DNA of 64,000 bases from Phyllobates terribilis (taxonomy: Eukaryota): the NCBI RefSeq assembly GCF_046119375.1, contig NW_027362761.1:305536001-305600000 (forward strand), read 5' to 3'. The translations under genes and the position numbers were made by a program. This document shows positions 46,092-59,520 of the stretch, piece after piece. The first letter of the stretch is position 1. Each line of letters opens with the position of its first letter. A model generated the notes under the pieces. The model ran no database searches, had not been told where the DNA came from, and was given only the letters and a program-made list of their open reading frames with translations.

Positions 46092-49000
46092 GTAAGTTGG
46101 TGCTGGCGGGGGGCGCACTCCTCAGTAACGGCTCCTCTCATTGGTCTTTGTCTCGTCATTAGATTATCTGTGTAAACCCGACGAGAACGTCTATGGCATC
46201 GACTTCACCCGCTTCAAGATCCGGGACCTGGAGACTGGCACCGTGCTGTTCGAGATCTCCAAGCCGTGCCCAGGTAGTGACTGGCACCCGCTGCCTGCCA
46301 CCTGTGTGATGGGGCACCTATGTGTGCCCATGGTCTAGCACTGCCGTACAGGTCTGGCATCACAATGCCGCCATACTCGTCTCCACATTGAGAGTCCAAC
46401 ACCAATAAGGAAAAGCCAATGCATTATGGAAGTCACAGCGGCGATAGACCTGGTAATCAGATGCAAATGATCACAATTTATTCAGTATCAAGTATGAGCG
46501 CCACACACAGATTTACACACTTTGGCTTCTATCAATGATGTTATTAATGGTCGTTTGAGGAATGTTCTACCAAACTGAATGCACTTGAACAAATCATCAA
46601 GATCCGCTGCTGGCAGCTCTTTGCAATTGCTGAACTACAACATCCCAGATGCGCTCGACTGGAGACGCTGCAGGCCACGGTATCATGTTTAGCCATACTG
46701 GCTGCTCACAGCAACACAATCTGGTGTTGTCGTGTTGATAAATAGCTCCTAGGACACTAGAAATTGCGTACCCCCGGTTTTACCACCAAATCGCTGTAAG
46801 CCACTTGATACTGAATAATCAAGATATTTTTACAAAATTACAATATTCATTCTCCTTAATAGCGCACACTGTCAGCCGCAGGCGTGGCTCCTGCTGCTGC
46901 TCAGCGATCCTGTGTGCATGGGGGTGGAGAAGAGTGAATATTCATACTCTAATCTAGGGGGTACAGAGGATCGCTGAGCCGTGCCTGTGATTGACAGTGT
47001 GTCCTATTAAGGAGAATGAATATTCACTGATCTCCACTCCAATGGGTGTGGAGAGGAGTTAATATTTATTCCCTTTAGTAGCGGGCATATGTGATCGCTG
47101 CAGCAGCCTGCTTCTGCCTGTGCCCTGCTCTTCCACCGCTGCTCATCCCCACCCCGAATGTAAGTATAGACTCGAGTATAAGCTAAGGGGGGAATGTGCT
47201 GAAAAAGTCGGCATATACACGAGTATATATGGTAGCTTCTCAGAATGGTGCAATGCCAACACCTGGTAACCTCGCCTATCAGCTGTTTACAGGTCCCCAC
47301 AGTGGCTGGGTGTGAACAGTGTATGGAGCAGAACAGTACTGTACATGGTCTAGTGGTTCTGGGGGGAGGAGGGGGGCCTGCAGATCAGCATTTATTTAAG
47401 TGAATAGGAGCCGATCTGCAGTATCCAAGAATGGCTATTGCACAGTGTACAGTGCTGTGATGCTCCATACTCTCATTACATCTGGCTGTCATTGGTAGCG
47501 TCATATAGCTGATTAGTGGGAGTGTCAGACCCCCACCGATCTGACATTAATAACCTATACTTAGGATATGTCATCAGTCTATAAGTTCTGAACATCCCCT
47601 TTAAATATTTCTCTTTACAGACAACGATTTAAGGGCATGTTCACACAAGATGGATACATATTATTTTTCAGGTGGAAAATTAACTGTGTATCACAGAAGC
47701 AGCTTGTGGATAACAAATTGATTGGGGCTGCAGATTTGATATCCACAGCATGTAAATTTATGCTGCAGATTTTTCTCATGGGTTACATTCTTGTCTATGC
47801 AAAGGGGAAAATCTAAAAATTTCCACAACAAAGTTTGCCACATTCAGAGCAGCAGAGATCATCCCCATGTGAAAGCACTGGTAACTTGGAAGCACTGGTA
47901 ACGAACAGCCCGTTTTGCAGGGTGACATGCAGTTGACTATTTACTATAAGGAATTGTATGTAGATTGCTGATATAGTACATCATGGCTGCACAAAGCCAA
48001 GCCCAATTCTGCATCTCAGATCATTTTGCAGGTTTTGAAAGTCCGAATGAAATGGATCCTAAAAGGATGAGCTGTAGACATATACAGCTTTCAGTTCTGT
48101 TCCCTCTCTTTAGGCTCCACCACTGCCTCTGATTAATGGTGGATGCAGGCTGATCACGTCTGGTATTTCTGTATAGTTACTGACCACAAAACGCACATGA
48201 AGGAAGACTTACCCCAAAAAACAAATCTTTTTAAACAAAGGACAATTGTTTCACAGTCTGTACAACTGCACCCACATACCTCCCATTATTGGGCAACTCA
48301 TTTATTAATACTTATGAGATCAATTTTTATTATTGCCTGTTTGTGGTCCAATATACAGCACAGCCATGTGAAAAGCAGGAATGTCTGGGACAGCTAGAAT
48401 TGTGTTCTAAAAGGATTGCGGTTTGTTTTTTGTGTGTGATGGACGCCTTTCTACTGTTTAGTGTTCCTCTAACAAAACACCCATAAGAGCCATTGTCACG
48501 TCTCTCACATGGGGTCTCTGGATGTTTTTTATAGTCAGAATAAATTTCTAAATATGTGTATCTTGTGTTTTTCTTTGTAATAGAACAAGAAGACGAGGAT
48601 GAAGAAGCAGGACAGGTGGATAGCAGCGCTGGTCGGTTTGTCAGATATCAGTTCACACCAGCATTTCTTAGACTTCGGAAAGTAGGAGCTACGTGAGTAT
48701 TCCAGTGAAATCCTTCCTAAAGCTGGTTTCAGGCTCCTTTATATACCAGGTCTCCATTTTTTTTGTAAGCGGCTCATACACATTGGATATATAGCGGCAC
48801 ACATAATGTGTATGGGAGGATCCTGATGCTGTTAGACTATTTGTCAGTCTGTTGTTCTGCCAGGAGCTGAACCCCCGGCTTTATTCTATTTTCCCACAAG
48901 AATTTACCTGCCCACTATAGATTGCAATTGAAAAAAGACAAACTAGGATTTGAAAAGGTTGTAGACGTTACTGCCTCATGCATGCCCTATTTAAAGAGAC

Positions 49001-52000
49001 CCTATAATACCTCATCTGTTTAGTTGAAGTCATTCCGTTGCCCTCGCACCACTCCCCAAAAAAAAAAATTAAAATAAAAAAATCGGCACACCATATAAAG
49101 TATATGGTCAATATGTAATAGGGCAGAGGAGTCATTTATTTAATGGGTGCTTAACTTATTCAGTCTAAAGCAATTTCAGCATCCAGCAATTGAGAACTTT
49201 ATGGTAAGAGTATACAGCTAGATCCGTTATCTGTGTCTGCATTTCTTTTACCATAGGGTAGTCATTGTTCTTAAGCCTATGAATTGCCCCGGCTTTAACA
49301 GCAACTATTTTATAATTGTCACCCACATTATAACCTCATAATAAAGTAATGTATAATTTTGAATGTTTCTCCCTAACTGTTGGAAATAATCTGTTTTAAT
49401 AAAACATAGAGTAGAATTACAGCGGGAGCTCCATTGTCACTTTGGATAGAGTTTACTTGCTATCTATTTCCTTGCTGCTATTAAGGTCACATTAGTAGAC
49501 TGTATTAGTAGACTGTAGTCCGAAATTATCCTCTTATTTAATCTGTGATTTCAGAGACTCTGACTGCTCCCTTTTATGTGCACTTCTTGCTAGTATTAAT
49601 AAATATGTCGTGTGTAGTTCAGAAGTTTGGGCTACGGCTTTAAAATTGGGGCAAATCTTAGTTGAATCACTTAGCCACCCAAAATGTGGTAGTGCTTTGT
49701 GTGCAATGTTAGAATGGGTTGCCCTGGAGTAGAGGCATTGGGTGATGCAGTTGTGGTTGTGTTACATTACTGTGGCTGGGACTTGTGGATCCACCCAGAG
49801 TGTCTGTCTTGCTGCAGGGTGCTGGTTATCTGTAGTAATTGGCCTCCTTCTATGAGCATTGGGTGGGGCCACGTTCTATTTATAAGGCCTCTTTCACACA
49901 TCAGTGTGTCTGGTACATGTGGTGACAGTTTCCACACATACAGGAGACACACATGCAGACCCATTGAAATATATGGGTCTGTGCACATGTCAGTGTGTTT
50001 CAACGGACCGCGTGTCCATGTGCTCCACACACTGACATGTCATTTTTTTTGCAGATGCACAGTCCGCAAAATGTCTCACGCTGAACACTCACGGATGACA
50101 CCCATGTGTCATTGTGACACGTACCGGCGCCTGGGAAACAATGTACAGTTAGCGTTGTTCCCAAGCACCGGGTGCTGAACGCTGCCCTCATTGTTCCTTG
50201 CTCATGCTGTGATCAGCACAAGCAAGAGACAATGTTGGGAGTAGTAGTATCTTCTCCTGCAGTGTCTCTGTGTGAAAATAATAATAATAAAGTAATAAAA
50301 TCCTTATACTCACCTGTCCGGAGAGGTCCTCCGCTGTATGAGAATGAGCCGCTCCAGCGAGCTTGGCTGAGCTCAGGAGCGGTGTCCTGTCACTCTGAGC
50401 CCTGCTCAGTGCAGGGCCCAGCTCGCTGGAACAATGATTCCCAAGCACCCGGCGCTTGGGAACAGCGCTAACTGTGAATTCCCAAACGCCGGTACGTGTG
50501 ATCCTGATGCGGCACATGGTTGCAACACGTGTGACACACATGGGACACTGATATCTTTGGTGCTGGAAATATACGGACGTGTGAAACCAGCCTAACTGTA
50601 AGCTACAAGTAGTTGTTGGGTCTTCATGCCTGTTATTCTGCTCTTGCTCAGCTAGTTTGATTCATGTCCTTGACCTCGGTTTGTGTTGTTACTACCCAAC
50701 TGCCTCTCAATTGTGTTCCTGACCTTTGGCCTCTTGGTTCTTACCCAGTAGTCTGACTATTCTCTGCCAGCGGGCTCCATTGGCCACAAAATAGAGGGCC
50801 CTGACCAAGTTCAGATCCCTATATAAGGGTTATAGGGTGAAGGCCATGGTTCCCCTTGGACCCGCTAGACGGAGTGGCTAGTGCAAAGCCTGGCTGTGGA
50901 AGTTTAAGAGCTGCCAACCTTTACTGACAGTCCTCAGTTACACAATAGCTGTGTATAGTACAGGTCATTTAAAGAGGTTGTCAACTACTTTTACATTGAT
51001 GGCCTATCCTTAGGATAGGTCATCAATGTCCACCGGCCGTAAGTACTTACTTGCTGAGCTGCTCCGTCTACTTTTAGTGGCGGCCGCAGGGTACTACACA
51101 TCCGTCTCCTATTGATTTGAATAGGAGGCGGATGTGCAGTACCAAGCCCCAGCCATTACAAATGGACAAAGCAGCTCAGTAAATGAGTACTTACTGCCGG
51201 CGGTTGCCGACACTTAAGAACAGCTGATTGGCCGGGGTCCGACACCCGGCACCCTTGCTGATCAGACATGGATGACCTATGCGAAGGATAGAAACAAAAA
51301 AAACTGACCGTCACATCTAAAACAGAAAACTGGTGTGTACAGGTGCTTACTAAGAGTAGCCATCTCGCGCAGCTGATTATTTTTGTGAGGCAAAACATGT
51401 CACTGTGATCCCCTGCTGTAATGTCTGTATACTCTTTTGCCCCCCCCCCCTGCCCAGGAGATGTGGTATGATCAAACCATGTTCCTGTACGGTCAGACAC
51501 AGCCATTACACAGTACACAGCAGGGGCACATTTATAGGATTATCTCAGCACAGGAACATTTTTTTTTTAAACACATCCAATTGTGGAACTTATTATTATT
51601 CCAAGATCTATTGATTAAAATTAACTTAGTTTGTGGGAAAACCCCTTTCCGGCCCAAGGCGTACTAATATGTATCTGTGCCCTGGGCCTTATAGGCCAGA
51701 TGCGTATTAGTACGCCCTGGCGATTTTGCTCGCACACAGGCTGTGCGGACCCGATTGCTGCCAGGTGTCAGCTGATTGTCACAGCTGACACCCGGTGCTA
51801 TGTGCAGGGAGCGATCCCGTATCGCTCCCTGCACATTAACCCCCAAAATGCTGCGATCTAAATCGATCGCAGAAAAGGGGGAGGTAAGCGCCGATACTTG
51901 CCTCCTCTGCAGAGTCTGAGTCCAGTCCCGGATGTTGTCATTGTGACCCGATGTCATCATGACAACATCCGGGTCACCAGGAGGCAAGAAGTTACTTTGA

Positions 52001-55000
52001 TCATGCGCAGTGCGTGACCAAAGTAACTTCTCCCTGTGCAGTGCTGACAGGCTGCATAGCTCAGGGATGGTTCTGCATTCCTGTGCTATACAGCCGATCA
52101 GAATGTAAAAAGTGAAAGTCCCATAGTGGGACAATGTGTAAAAGTAAGAAAAATGACAAAGTGGAAAAAAAAAAAAAAAAATTGTAAAAATGTTAAAAGA
52201 AAATAAAATGAAGAAAAAATAATCCAAAAAATATATATAGTAACCATAAATAATCTTATGAAAAAAAATAAACCAATAAAAGTACACATTTGGTATTGCC
52301 GCGTCTGGAACGAGCTGACCTATAAAGCTGTCCCACTAGTTAACCCCTTTAGTGAACACGGTAAAAAATAAAATAAAAAGCAACGCAAAAAACGATGCTT
52401 TATCATACCGCCAAACAAAAAAATGGAATAAAACGCGATCAAAATGACGAATGTAAATAAAAATGGTACCACTGAAAAAATCATCTTGTCCCGCAAAAAA
52501 CAATGTGCCATACAGCTCCATGAGCCGAAAAATAAAAAAGTTATAGCTCTCAGAATAAAGCGATGCAAAAACCAGGGCTGTGGAGTCGGTAAGCCAAACC
52601 GACGACTCGGACTCCTCAATTTCCATGACTCCGACTCCCTCATACATGGCTCATGTTTAAGTGATGAATTTACTGTAGCACATATTCATCTCAGCTAAAA
52701 GTCTAGACCCCTAGATCAGGAATAGGACAGACATTTATAGGACATTTCATAACTTTCCCAAATTCTTATGAAAAAATATTCCCCACAAACTGCATTGAAC
52801 TTCTGTACCCAATTTATTTATATATTTTAGGAGTCGGTCCATTTTCTACCGACTCAGACTCAACCAAAATGGACACTGACTCCACAGCCCTGGCAAAAAC
52901 AATTTTTTTTTCTATAAAATAGTTTTTATTATGTAAAAGCGCCAAAACCTAAAAAAACAACAATATAAATGTGGTACCGCTGTAAACGTACTGACCCGAA
53001 GAATAAAGCTACCTTATCAATTTTACCACATGCGGAACGGCAAAAAAAAAAAAAAACCCAAAAAACAATTCCTTCATTGTTGGTTTGTTTATTTTGCCTC
53101 CCAAAAATCGGAATAAAAAGCGATCAAAAAATGTCACGTGCCCGAAAATGGTACCAATAAAAATGTCAACTTGTCCTGCAAAAAACAAGCCGTCACATGA
53201 CTGTCAGCCGAAATATAGAAAAATTATAGCTCTAAAACTAGTCTTTGCAAAAAAAAAAAAAGGGTTTTTTAGTGTGTGACAGCTGTCAGTCATAAAAACC
53301 TGATATGAATCTTTAATCGCACCGACCCGAAGAATAAAGTAATCTTATCAGTTATACCGCACAAGGCACGGCGTAAAAAAATAAACTCTAGGGTTAGCGT
53401 TGGGGTTGTGATTTTTTTCATAAGTAAAGAAAAAAAAATGACGATATGGCGACTAGTGTTGAGCGCAAGTGCTCGCTACTTGAATTTGCATCGGGTGCTC
53501 GGGTATGCACTTAGTATCGCAGGTGCTCGAGTGACATGCTCGAGTCTCCGCCCCATATTTTTTGCAGCTGTTATACAGCCAAAAATACCTCGCGGGGATT
53601 GCCTGCCATGTACAAGCAATTCCCGCTTGTTTTTTTTGGGGGTGTCTTAATAACCGTGAAACATGTGGGCGGGGACTTGAGCACCAACGATACTTGGTGC
53701 ATACCAGAGTACCCGATACAAACTCAAGTAGCGAGCACTTGCACTCAAGACTAATGACAACTTATTCAATATGATGACCTAGTGTTATCAAATTCTGTGT
53801 TTACCTCTGAGTTCAAAATGTTCACTATACTCCTTGATAAAATCCTTGAGGGGTATAGTTTCCACTGTTTAGGCGTATCAGTGCTCTCCAAACGCCACAT
53901 GGCGTCCGCTAATTATTCAAGCAAATTTTACATTCAAATAGTCAAATGGCGCTCCTTCCCTTCCGAACCCTGCCGTGCGCCCAAACAGTGGTTTTCCCCC
54001 ACATATGGGGTATCTGCTTACTCAGGAAAAATTGCACAACAAATTGCATGGTGCAATTTCTCCTGTTACCCTTATCAAAATGCAAAATTGGAGGGTGAAA
54101 AACGTTTTTGTTGGAAAAATGTGAAAATTTTATTTTTACAGTTCAATGTTATAAGCACCTGGGGGTTCAGGGTGCTCACCACACATCTAGATAAGTTCCC
54201 TGGGGAGTCTAGTTTCCAAAATGGTGTCACTTGTGGGGGGTTTCCACTGTTTAGGCACATCAGGGGCTCCCCAAACGCAACATGGCGTCCGCTAATTATT
54301 TCAGCAAATTTTGCATTCAAAAAGTCAAATGGTGCTCCTTCCCTTCCGAACCCTGCCGTGCGCCCAAACAGTGGTTTTCCCCTACATATGGGGTATCAGC
54401 GTGCTCCGGAGGAATTGCACAACAAATTTTGGGGTTAGTTTTTTATTGATACCCTTGCGAAAATAAAAAAAATTGGGGTCTAAAGTAACATTTTTGTGGA
54501 AAAAAAAAATGTTCATTTTTTTTTCTTCCACATTCCAAAAATTCCTGTGAAGCACCTGAAGGGTTAATAAACGTCTTGTGGTTTTGAGCACCTTGAGGGG
54601 TGCAGTTTTTAGAATGGTGTCACTTTTGGGTATTTTCTGTCATAAAGGCGCCTCAAAGTCACTTCAAATGTGATGTGGTCCCTAAAAAAAAAGAAAAAAA
54701 AAGGTTTTGTAAATTTTGTTGTAAAAATGAGAAATCGCTGGTCAACTTTTAACCCTTATAGCTCCATAACAAAAAAAAACATTTTGGTTCCAAAATTGTG
54801 CTGATGTAAAGTAGACATGTGGGAAATGTTATTTATTAACTATTTTGTGTGACATATCTCTCTGATTTAAGGGCATAAAATTTCAAAGTTTGAAAATTGC
54901 GAAATTTTCGCCTAATTTCCGTTTTTTTCACAAATAAACGCTAGTGATATCGAAGAAATTTTACCACAATCATGAAGTACAATATGTCACGAAAAAACAA

Positions 55001-56003
55001 TCTCAGAATCAAGGGGATCCGTTGAAGCGTTCCAGAGTAATTACCTCATAAAGTGACAGTGGTCAGAATTGAAAAAATTGGCCTGGTCATTAACCTGCAA
55101 ACCATCCTTGGGGGTAAAGGGGTTAATTGGAGCCTAATTGGTTGTGGTTTTGGGCACCAAGTAGTAAATTAATAAACTGCCTTCAGTAATTAGTTTTGCT
55201 AAAATAATGCTTTTGTACAGGTTTTGCTGAATGGTTTATTTTATTTGTTTTTTTTAGAGTCGAGTTTACTGTAGGAGATAAACCGGTGAAGAGTTTCCGA
55301 ATGATTGAGAGACATTATTTCCGCGATCGCATACTTAAAAGCTTTGATTTTGACTTTGGCTTTTGCATTCCAAACAGCAGTAACACATGTGAACACATGT
55401 ATGAATTCCCACAACTTTCAGAAGAACTGAGTAAGTGTTTTTATATTAAAATTAGTTTAATCTAGAAATCAATGTTGAGAGCTGCTGTTCTGACAGTTAT
55501 ATGGTAGAATGGTTTGCAGGGCTGATTTTTCTCCTCTACTTCCATACTTGCTACATATGTGTAGCCATTCTTGGCAGTAAGTTTTAGAAGGGGAAAAAAA
55601 AAAGTTGAAGCCCTTAAAAGGGTCATTCCCGCATCAGGACTCCCTCTCACCCCTACCCCCACAAAAAATGTGGTGGGGGAATAGTATACATTGGTAATTG
55701 CTCCTGAAGTGTTACCCAAACGCATATCAGATATGTGAATGGAGATTTTTAATATTTTTTTTCGCATTGGCTAACATTTTAAAGTACATAGTTGTTTATG
55801 TTTTAGCTTTCAATTATACAGCAGTATAACGATAGATTGCAAAATATTATTGAAAAAAATCAATATAACTTTTATTTTCTCTCCCCACAGTTCGCTTGAT
55901 GATTGATAACCCGTATGAGACCAGATCTGATAGTTTCTACTTCGTGGATAACAAGCTCATCATGCACAATAAAGCAGATTATGCCTACAATGGTGGCCAG
56001 TAG
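45893..56003 (+). CDS. UNC119B: Protein unc-119 homolog B (5 coding exons, 705 nt, 234 aa)
   Basis: join(45893..46091,46163..46273,48584..48692,55258..55430,55891..56003). Motifs [52 protein letters not shown] and [24 protein letters not shown]. The position between MLEC and ACADS identifies the B paralogue. Confidence 0.97.
46163..46273 (+). CDS. UNC119B: UNC119B coding exon 2
   Basis: NYLCKPDEN...EISKPCP; preceded by a 71-nt intron; weak donor CAG|GTAGTG. Confidence 0.92.
46780..47232. mobile_element. pogo/Tc2-like non-autonomous element, right end
   Basis: Terminus CTCGAGTATAAGC...ATATACACGAGTATATATGG followed by TA. The left boundary is uncertain. Confidence 0.5.
48584..48692 (+). CDS. 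UNC119B: UNC119B coding exon 3
   Basis: [10 protein letters not shown]...RLRKVGAT; 109 nt. Confidence 0.96.
49886..50592. mobile_element. PIF/Harbinger-type MITE (707 bp)
   Basis: TSD TAA; TIRs GGCCTCTTTCACAC / GTGTGAAACCAGCC; internal inverted repeats. Confidence 0.8.
50973..51290. mobile_element. Partial Kolobok/T2-type MITE
   Basis: TTAA then AGAGGTTGTCAACTAC, the same terminus as 44760; internal inverted arms. Confidence 0.6.
52573..52892. mobile_element. hAT-type MITE (320 bp)
   Basis: Perfect 15-bp TIR CAGGGCTGTGGAGTC and perfect 8-bp TSD GCAAAAAC. Confidence 0.93.
53454..53753. mobile_element. hAT-type MITE (300 bp)
   Basis: TIRs of about 29 bp, TAGTGTTGAGCGCAAGTGCTCGCTACTTG; 8-bp TSD ATGGCGAC / ATGACAAC (6 of 8 match). 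Confidence 0.85.
55258..55430 (+). CDS. UNC119B: UNC119B coding exon 4
   Basis: [10 protein letters not shown]...[10 protein letters not shown]; 173 nt. Confidence 0.97.
55891..56003 (+). CDS. UNC119B: UNC119B coding exon 5
   Basis: [14 protein letters not shown]...YNGGQ, then TAG. Confidence 0.97.
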
Positions 56004-56623
56004 GGCTATCCTTCCTTGGACTGATCTGTTTTGAGACAGAACATTCCTTGACAAGAGCAGAGGATTAGGGGATATATTTGAGGTCAATCCTGTGCTCGAC
56101 ACATTATGGACATTGTATTTTTATTCTTTTTTTTTTCCCCCTTTTATATTGTGCTGTAATACAGAACTGAAGACTTTGTACAAAAGATATTAATTTATTT
56201 TTATAATATCCGTGCGATCGTCCTTTATTGGGCTTTTGCACTGTGAAGGAAGCAGTAGGAGAACAGAATGTACATATTTGAAATCTTAAGAGGTGTCCAT
56301 AATTTTGGTTCTTGGTTTGTGCAATACCACAACCTCCTTTTCCCCTTTTTTAGGATCTGTTTTTAAAGTGCACAGAGCATTATAACACTTTTTATATATT
56401 TCTGAAATCAAGTTTAGTAAAATGTCTAATGCATCTTGTTTCTTGTGTGGCCCAGGCAACTTCAGTAGCATCTGCTAAAAAAAAACCCCCACAAACATGC
56501 CATTATGTATAATTAGTCCTTCTTCCTCTAACGATGGGCCACTAAGGTCCCATTTCCATAGCAATTTTCATTCTTGATAGTTTTTTTGTTTTTTTTTAAA
56601 GGCCTTTTATATATGTTTGTTGC

Positions 56624-56629
56624 AATAAA
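56624..56629 (+). terminator. UNC119B: Candidate UNC119B polyadenylation signal
   Basis: AATAAA about 620 nt after the stop codon, in U-rich context. Confidence 0.45.
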
Positions 56630-57005
56630 ACTATAAGCAATAATTTATTATCCAAATACCAGGTATTGGGTCTACCTGCTACCAAGGGAGTGGAGGCCAG
56701 GACAGATACATGTCTTCCATTTGTACAGACTAAGGCCGGGTTGAGGATTGTAGTGGACAGGTACTGATATTGGGTCCATACCAGTCCTTGTTAATGTGTT
56801 TATGAATTTTAATAAGCACCCATGATGTGTAACTTTAACATTAAAAAAGCCTACTGGTGTAAAAGGGAACTATGTGGTCTATGGCCCGTACTTGTCAGAA
56901 CCCCACATTTTAATTGACTCCAACTGATCACAACTTCTGAAATGGAGGGTGCTTCCATAACATGTGACGTAATGAGTGCTAGGCTTTTTCGCTATACAAC
57001 TCTTA

Positions 57006-57415
57006 GGGTATGTGCACACCTTGAGTATTTGCAGCAGATTATTCTGCAGCAAAAACCAGAGCCTTGGAAGGAAAAAAAGCGATGTAAAATACATACGGAT
57101 TTTTACTCCCCAAATTTTTTCAGATGTGAGGGGAAATTTTTTTTTATCTCCATTCTCAGTCTGTGAAAATCGTACCCACTCTGATGTCATCCAAGTGCGG
57201 TCTGATGTTTTGCATGGACTCCGTGACCTGCATGGCCAAGTGTGATCTGAATATCAGATGCAAATCATGCATGCTGCAATTTTTTTTTTTTTTTCGTCTG
57301 TCCGAGGATGAAATCCGACATGTGCACAGTCCCATAGAATAATAGTGGTCCGAGTGTGATCAGATGTTTTGTCAGATCGCACTAGTACCGAAAATACGGT
57401 TGTCTCCACGCGCCC
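57006..57415. mobile_element. PIF/Harbinger-type MITE
   Basis: TSD TTA on both sides; degenerate GGG...CCC termini. Confidence 0.6.
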
Positions 57416-58086
57416 TTAGAGCTGTATAATGGAGTGTTAGCAATCACCTGTTTAACGCTTTTTATAAAAATGATCAATTTGTCTGTTATTAGCTCATTAC
57501 CTTATTTCCTACTGGCTAGCCGCTATCTGAGCTTGCTCTTTTTTGCACAAGCAATGTCATAGGATAATTGAAGGGATATTTGTGATTTAAGTTGTTACAA
57601 ACGATCTGGACTTGAAAACGTTATTGCTCTGTGCCATGGCTTTTAGAAATGCAAATTACAATTGAGTGTTAAATGCTTATCCACGGGATATTAGTAGATG
57701 CCGGCAGCTGATGCTGCTAATCCTGGGATCTACTGGATTATATTCATAAACTCTAAATGAGTAGTTTAATCTTTATCTAAAATGTCCTTTTATTTATGAC
57801 TTTGGGACAGGTACATATAATGTTATTTTGTTTAGAAAATAACCAATTGTTTGAATAAGGTTTTTGTTATGTATTTTTCAATTTATTTTTTTCATTTCAT
57901 AATTTGTATTAATTAAAAAAAAAATTGAAATCTTGCGGTTTTGACACTGGCCCCTGGGGATATTTTGGACTCATTCTTCCTGTTCTGCACAGAAGACTTT
58001 ATAGTTGTCTCATAATCATCAGAGACAGAATTACAATGGCAGGAAATGCCTCTATACACAGGTGATAACACAGGATCCACCATTAA

Positions 58087-58537
58087 AGGGATTCTGTCAC
58101 CAGGTTTTTATAACTTAATCTGAGAGCAGCCTGATATAGTGGCAGAGACCCTGACTGCAGTGATGTCACTTACTAGGCTGCTTGCTGTAGTTTTGATATA
58201 ATCATAATCTCTTGTTGATAAAATTATCACTAGAGAACTAGTAAACCCGATGCCAGGAAGTGATCCGGTTTCATGAGTTCTGTGTGTTCCCCACCAATGA
58301 TTGGCAGCTTTCCCTGTGCCCTGTCCACAGGCAGAAAGGTGGCAATCAGTGGTGGGGGTGGGATAATACAGAGCTAAACATTCAGAGAACTGCTAGATTT
58401 TTAGAAGATAAAGCAGTGGTTTTATCAAATGAAGGCAAGCAAACCAGTAAGTGATACATCACTGGAATCAGGAACTCTGCCCCTATATGATGCTGCTCCC
58501 AGATGGACAAGCAAAAACCTGCCGACAGGTTCCCTCT
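58087..58537. mobile_element. Kolobok/T2-type MITE
   Basis: TTAA then AGGGATTCTGTCACCAGGTTTTT; right end AAAAACCTGCCGACAGGTTCCCT. Confidence 0.6.
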
Positions 58538-59339
58538 CACAATACACAATCTCACAGCTGATACTGCTCCCCCACCTTTCATGATGACTTTTTTTTTACA
58601 CATTCACTAGTTAGTGTTGCTGCTAATGTACGGGTAAATTTCCTAGAGGGGGAAAAAAAACAGGAACTAGGAGTCTAAAATAGCCCTAGTGGTCAGTGTG
58701 AGAATAGCAACATTCTTTTTTTTAAAACCTTGTGATATGAAAAAAAAAAGTGTAAAATATACACTTAACATAAGAACACTCAATAAGTGGTGAAACTATT
58801 TTTGTATTGTCCCATTGTATTTGTCTTGAATAAGGATTATTTCTGTGTAGTTCTGTATTTTTGTCGTTCACACCTTTACCTGCTGCTCCCAGTCTTGTTG
58901 GGGGTGATAATGTCTTCGCTATGCAGCGTCTGGTCCAAGGGGAGGGCACTGTGGCTGACCTTACATGGGTGACATTGGGAGTCCTGAGCTGAGATCTGGA
59001 TCCAGGGAAGCTCATGAGCACCACGGCAGGGGTCACCTGCTGGAATCCCTACAAAGCTATGGCCCCCACAGCACCGACCACTGTAGGCGCAAAAAAAGAA
59101 GCCGCCAAAAGTACGGAATCGGTGGAAGCAAATAATATGAGGTCACTGTGCCTTTAACTGAAGCCCTGCAACGTGCATTTGTAACTCGTGCTGATACTTC
59201 CACAATTTCAGTAGATTTACAAGAACTTGTATTTTTCTGTAAGAAATAAAGTAATTTTGAGAGAAACTAAAATGAGTTTTAAGTTTATTAAAGTGACCAG
59301 ACCTGAGCAACCGAGTGCCCAGAAGTCGAGTCTCCCGGA

Positions 59340-59471
59340 ATGTGGTTATATGCATCACGTGATTGGGTTACGCTACGTGTGGGTGGGAGGAGCCTTGTGG
59401 GACGTCGGTGGAGGAGGGGCGGAGCCTGGGTACGGCTGGTGCAGACGCTTTGCAGGGAGAGCCGGGCAAAC
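59340..59471 (+). promoter_or_regulatory. ACADS: ACADS promoter and 5' UTR
   Basis: E-box CACGTG 59356-59361 adjoining ATTGG; GC box GGGGCGGAGC at about 59416. Confidence 0.6.
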
Positions 59472-59520
59472 ATGTTACGTGGGATTTCAGTGTTGTGCAG
59501 AGCATGGCGGCCGCACACTG
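59472..59520 (+). CDS. ACADS: ACADS coding exon 1
   Basis: [16 protein letters not shown] plus G; donor GTGAGC. This ATG gives the phase-1 join to exon 2; the ATG at 59504 does not. Confidence 0.82.

Larger units (their letters stand above)
51642..55122. mobile_element. Large composite non-autonomous TTAA (piggyBac-like) element(s) in UNC119B intron 3
   Basis: Left end CCCCTTTCCGGCCC..GCGTACTAAT; right end GGGGGTAAAGGGG followed by TTAA. About 53830-55122 mirrors 26010 onwards. Contains two nested hAT MITEs; could be two adjacent elements. Confidence 0.65.

Noticed and set aside
45677-46159. Antisense ORFs over the GC-rich first exons (also 22148-22585 and 59288-59823)
   Set aside because: Expected in GC-rich, stop-poor DNA opposite real exons; no independent coding signal.
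51664-52287. 207-aa hydrophobic minus-strand ORF
   Set aside because: Low-complexity F/I/Y sequence from poly-T tracts inside a non-autonomous element; no domain.
53782-54438. 218-aa ORF, with related ORFs at 26464-27320
   Set aside because: Chance open frames in the internal repeats of the TTAA element; no transposase motifs.
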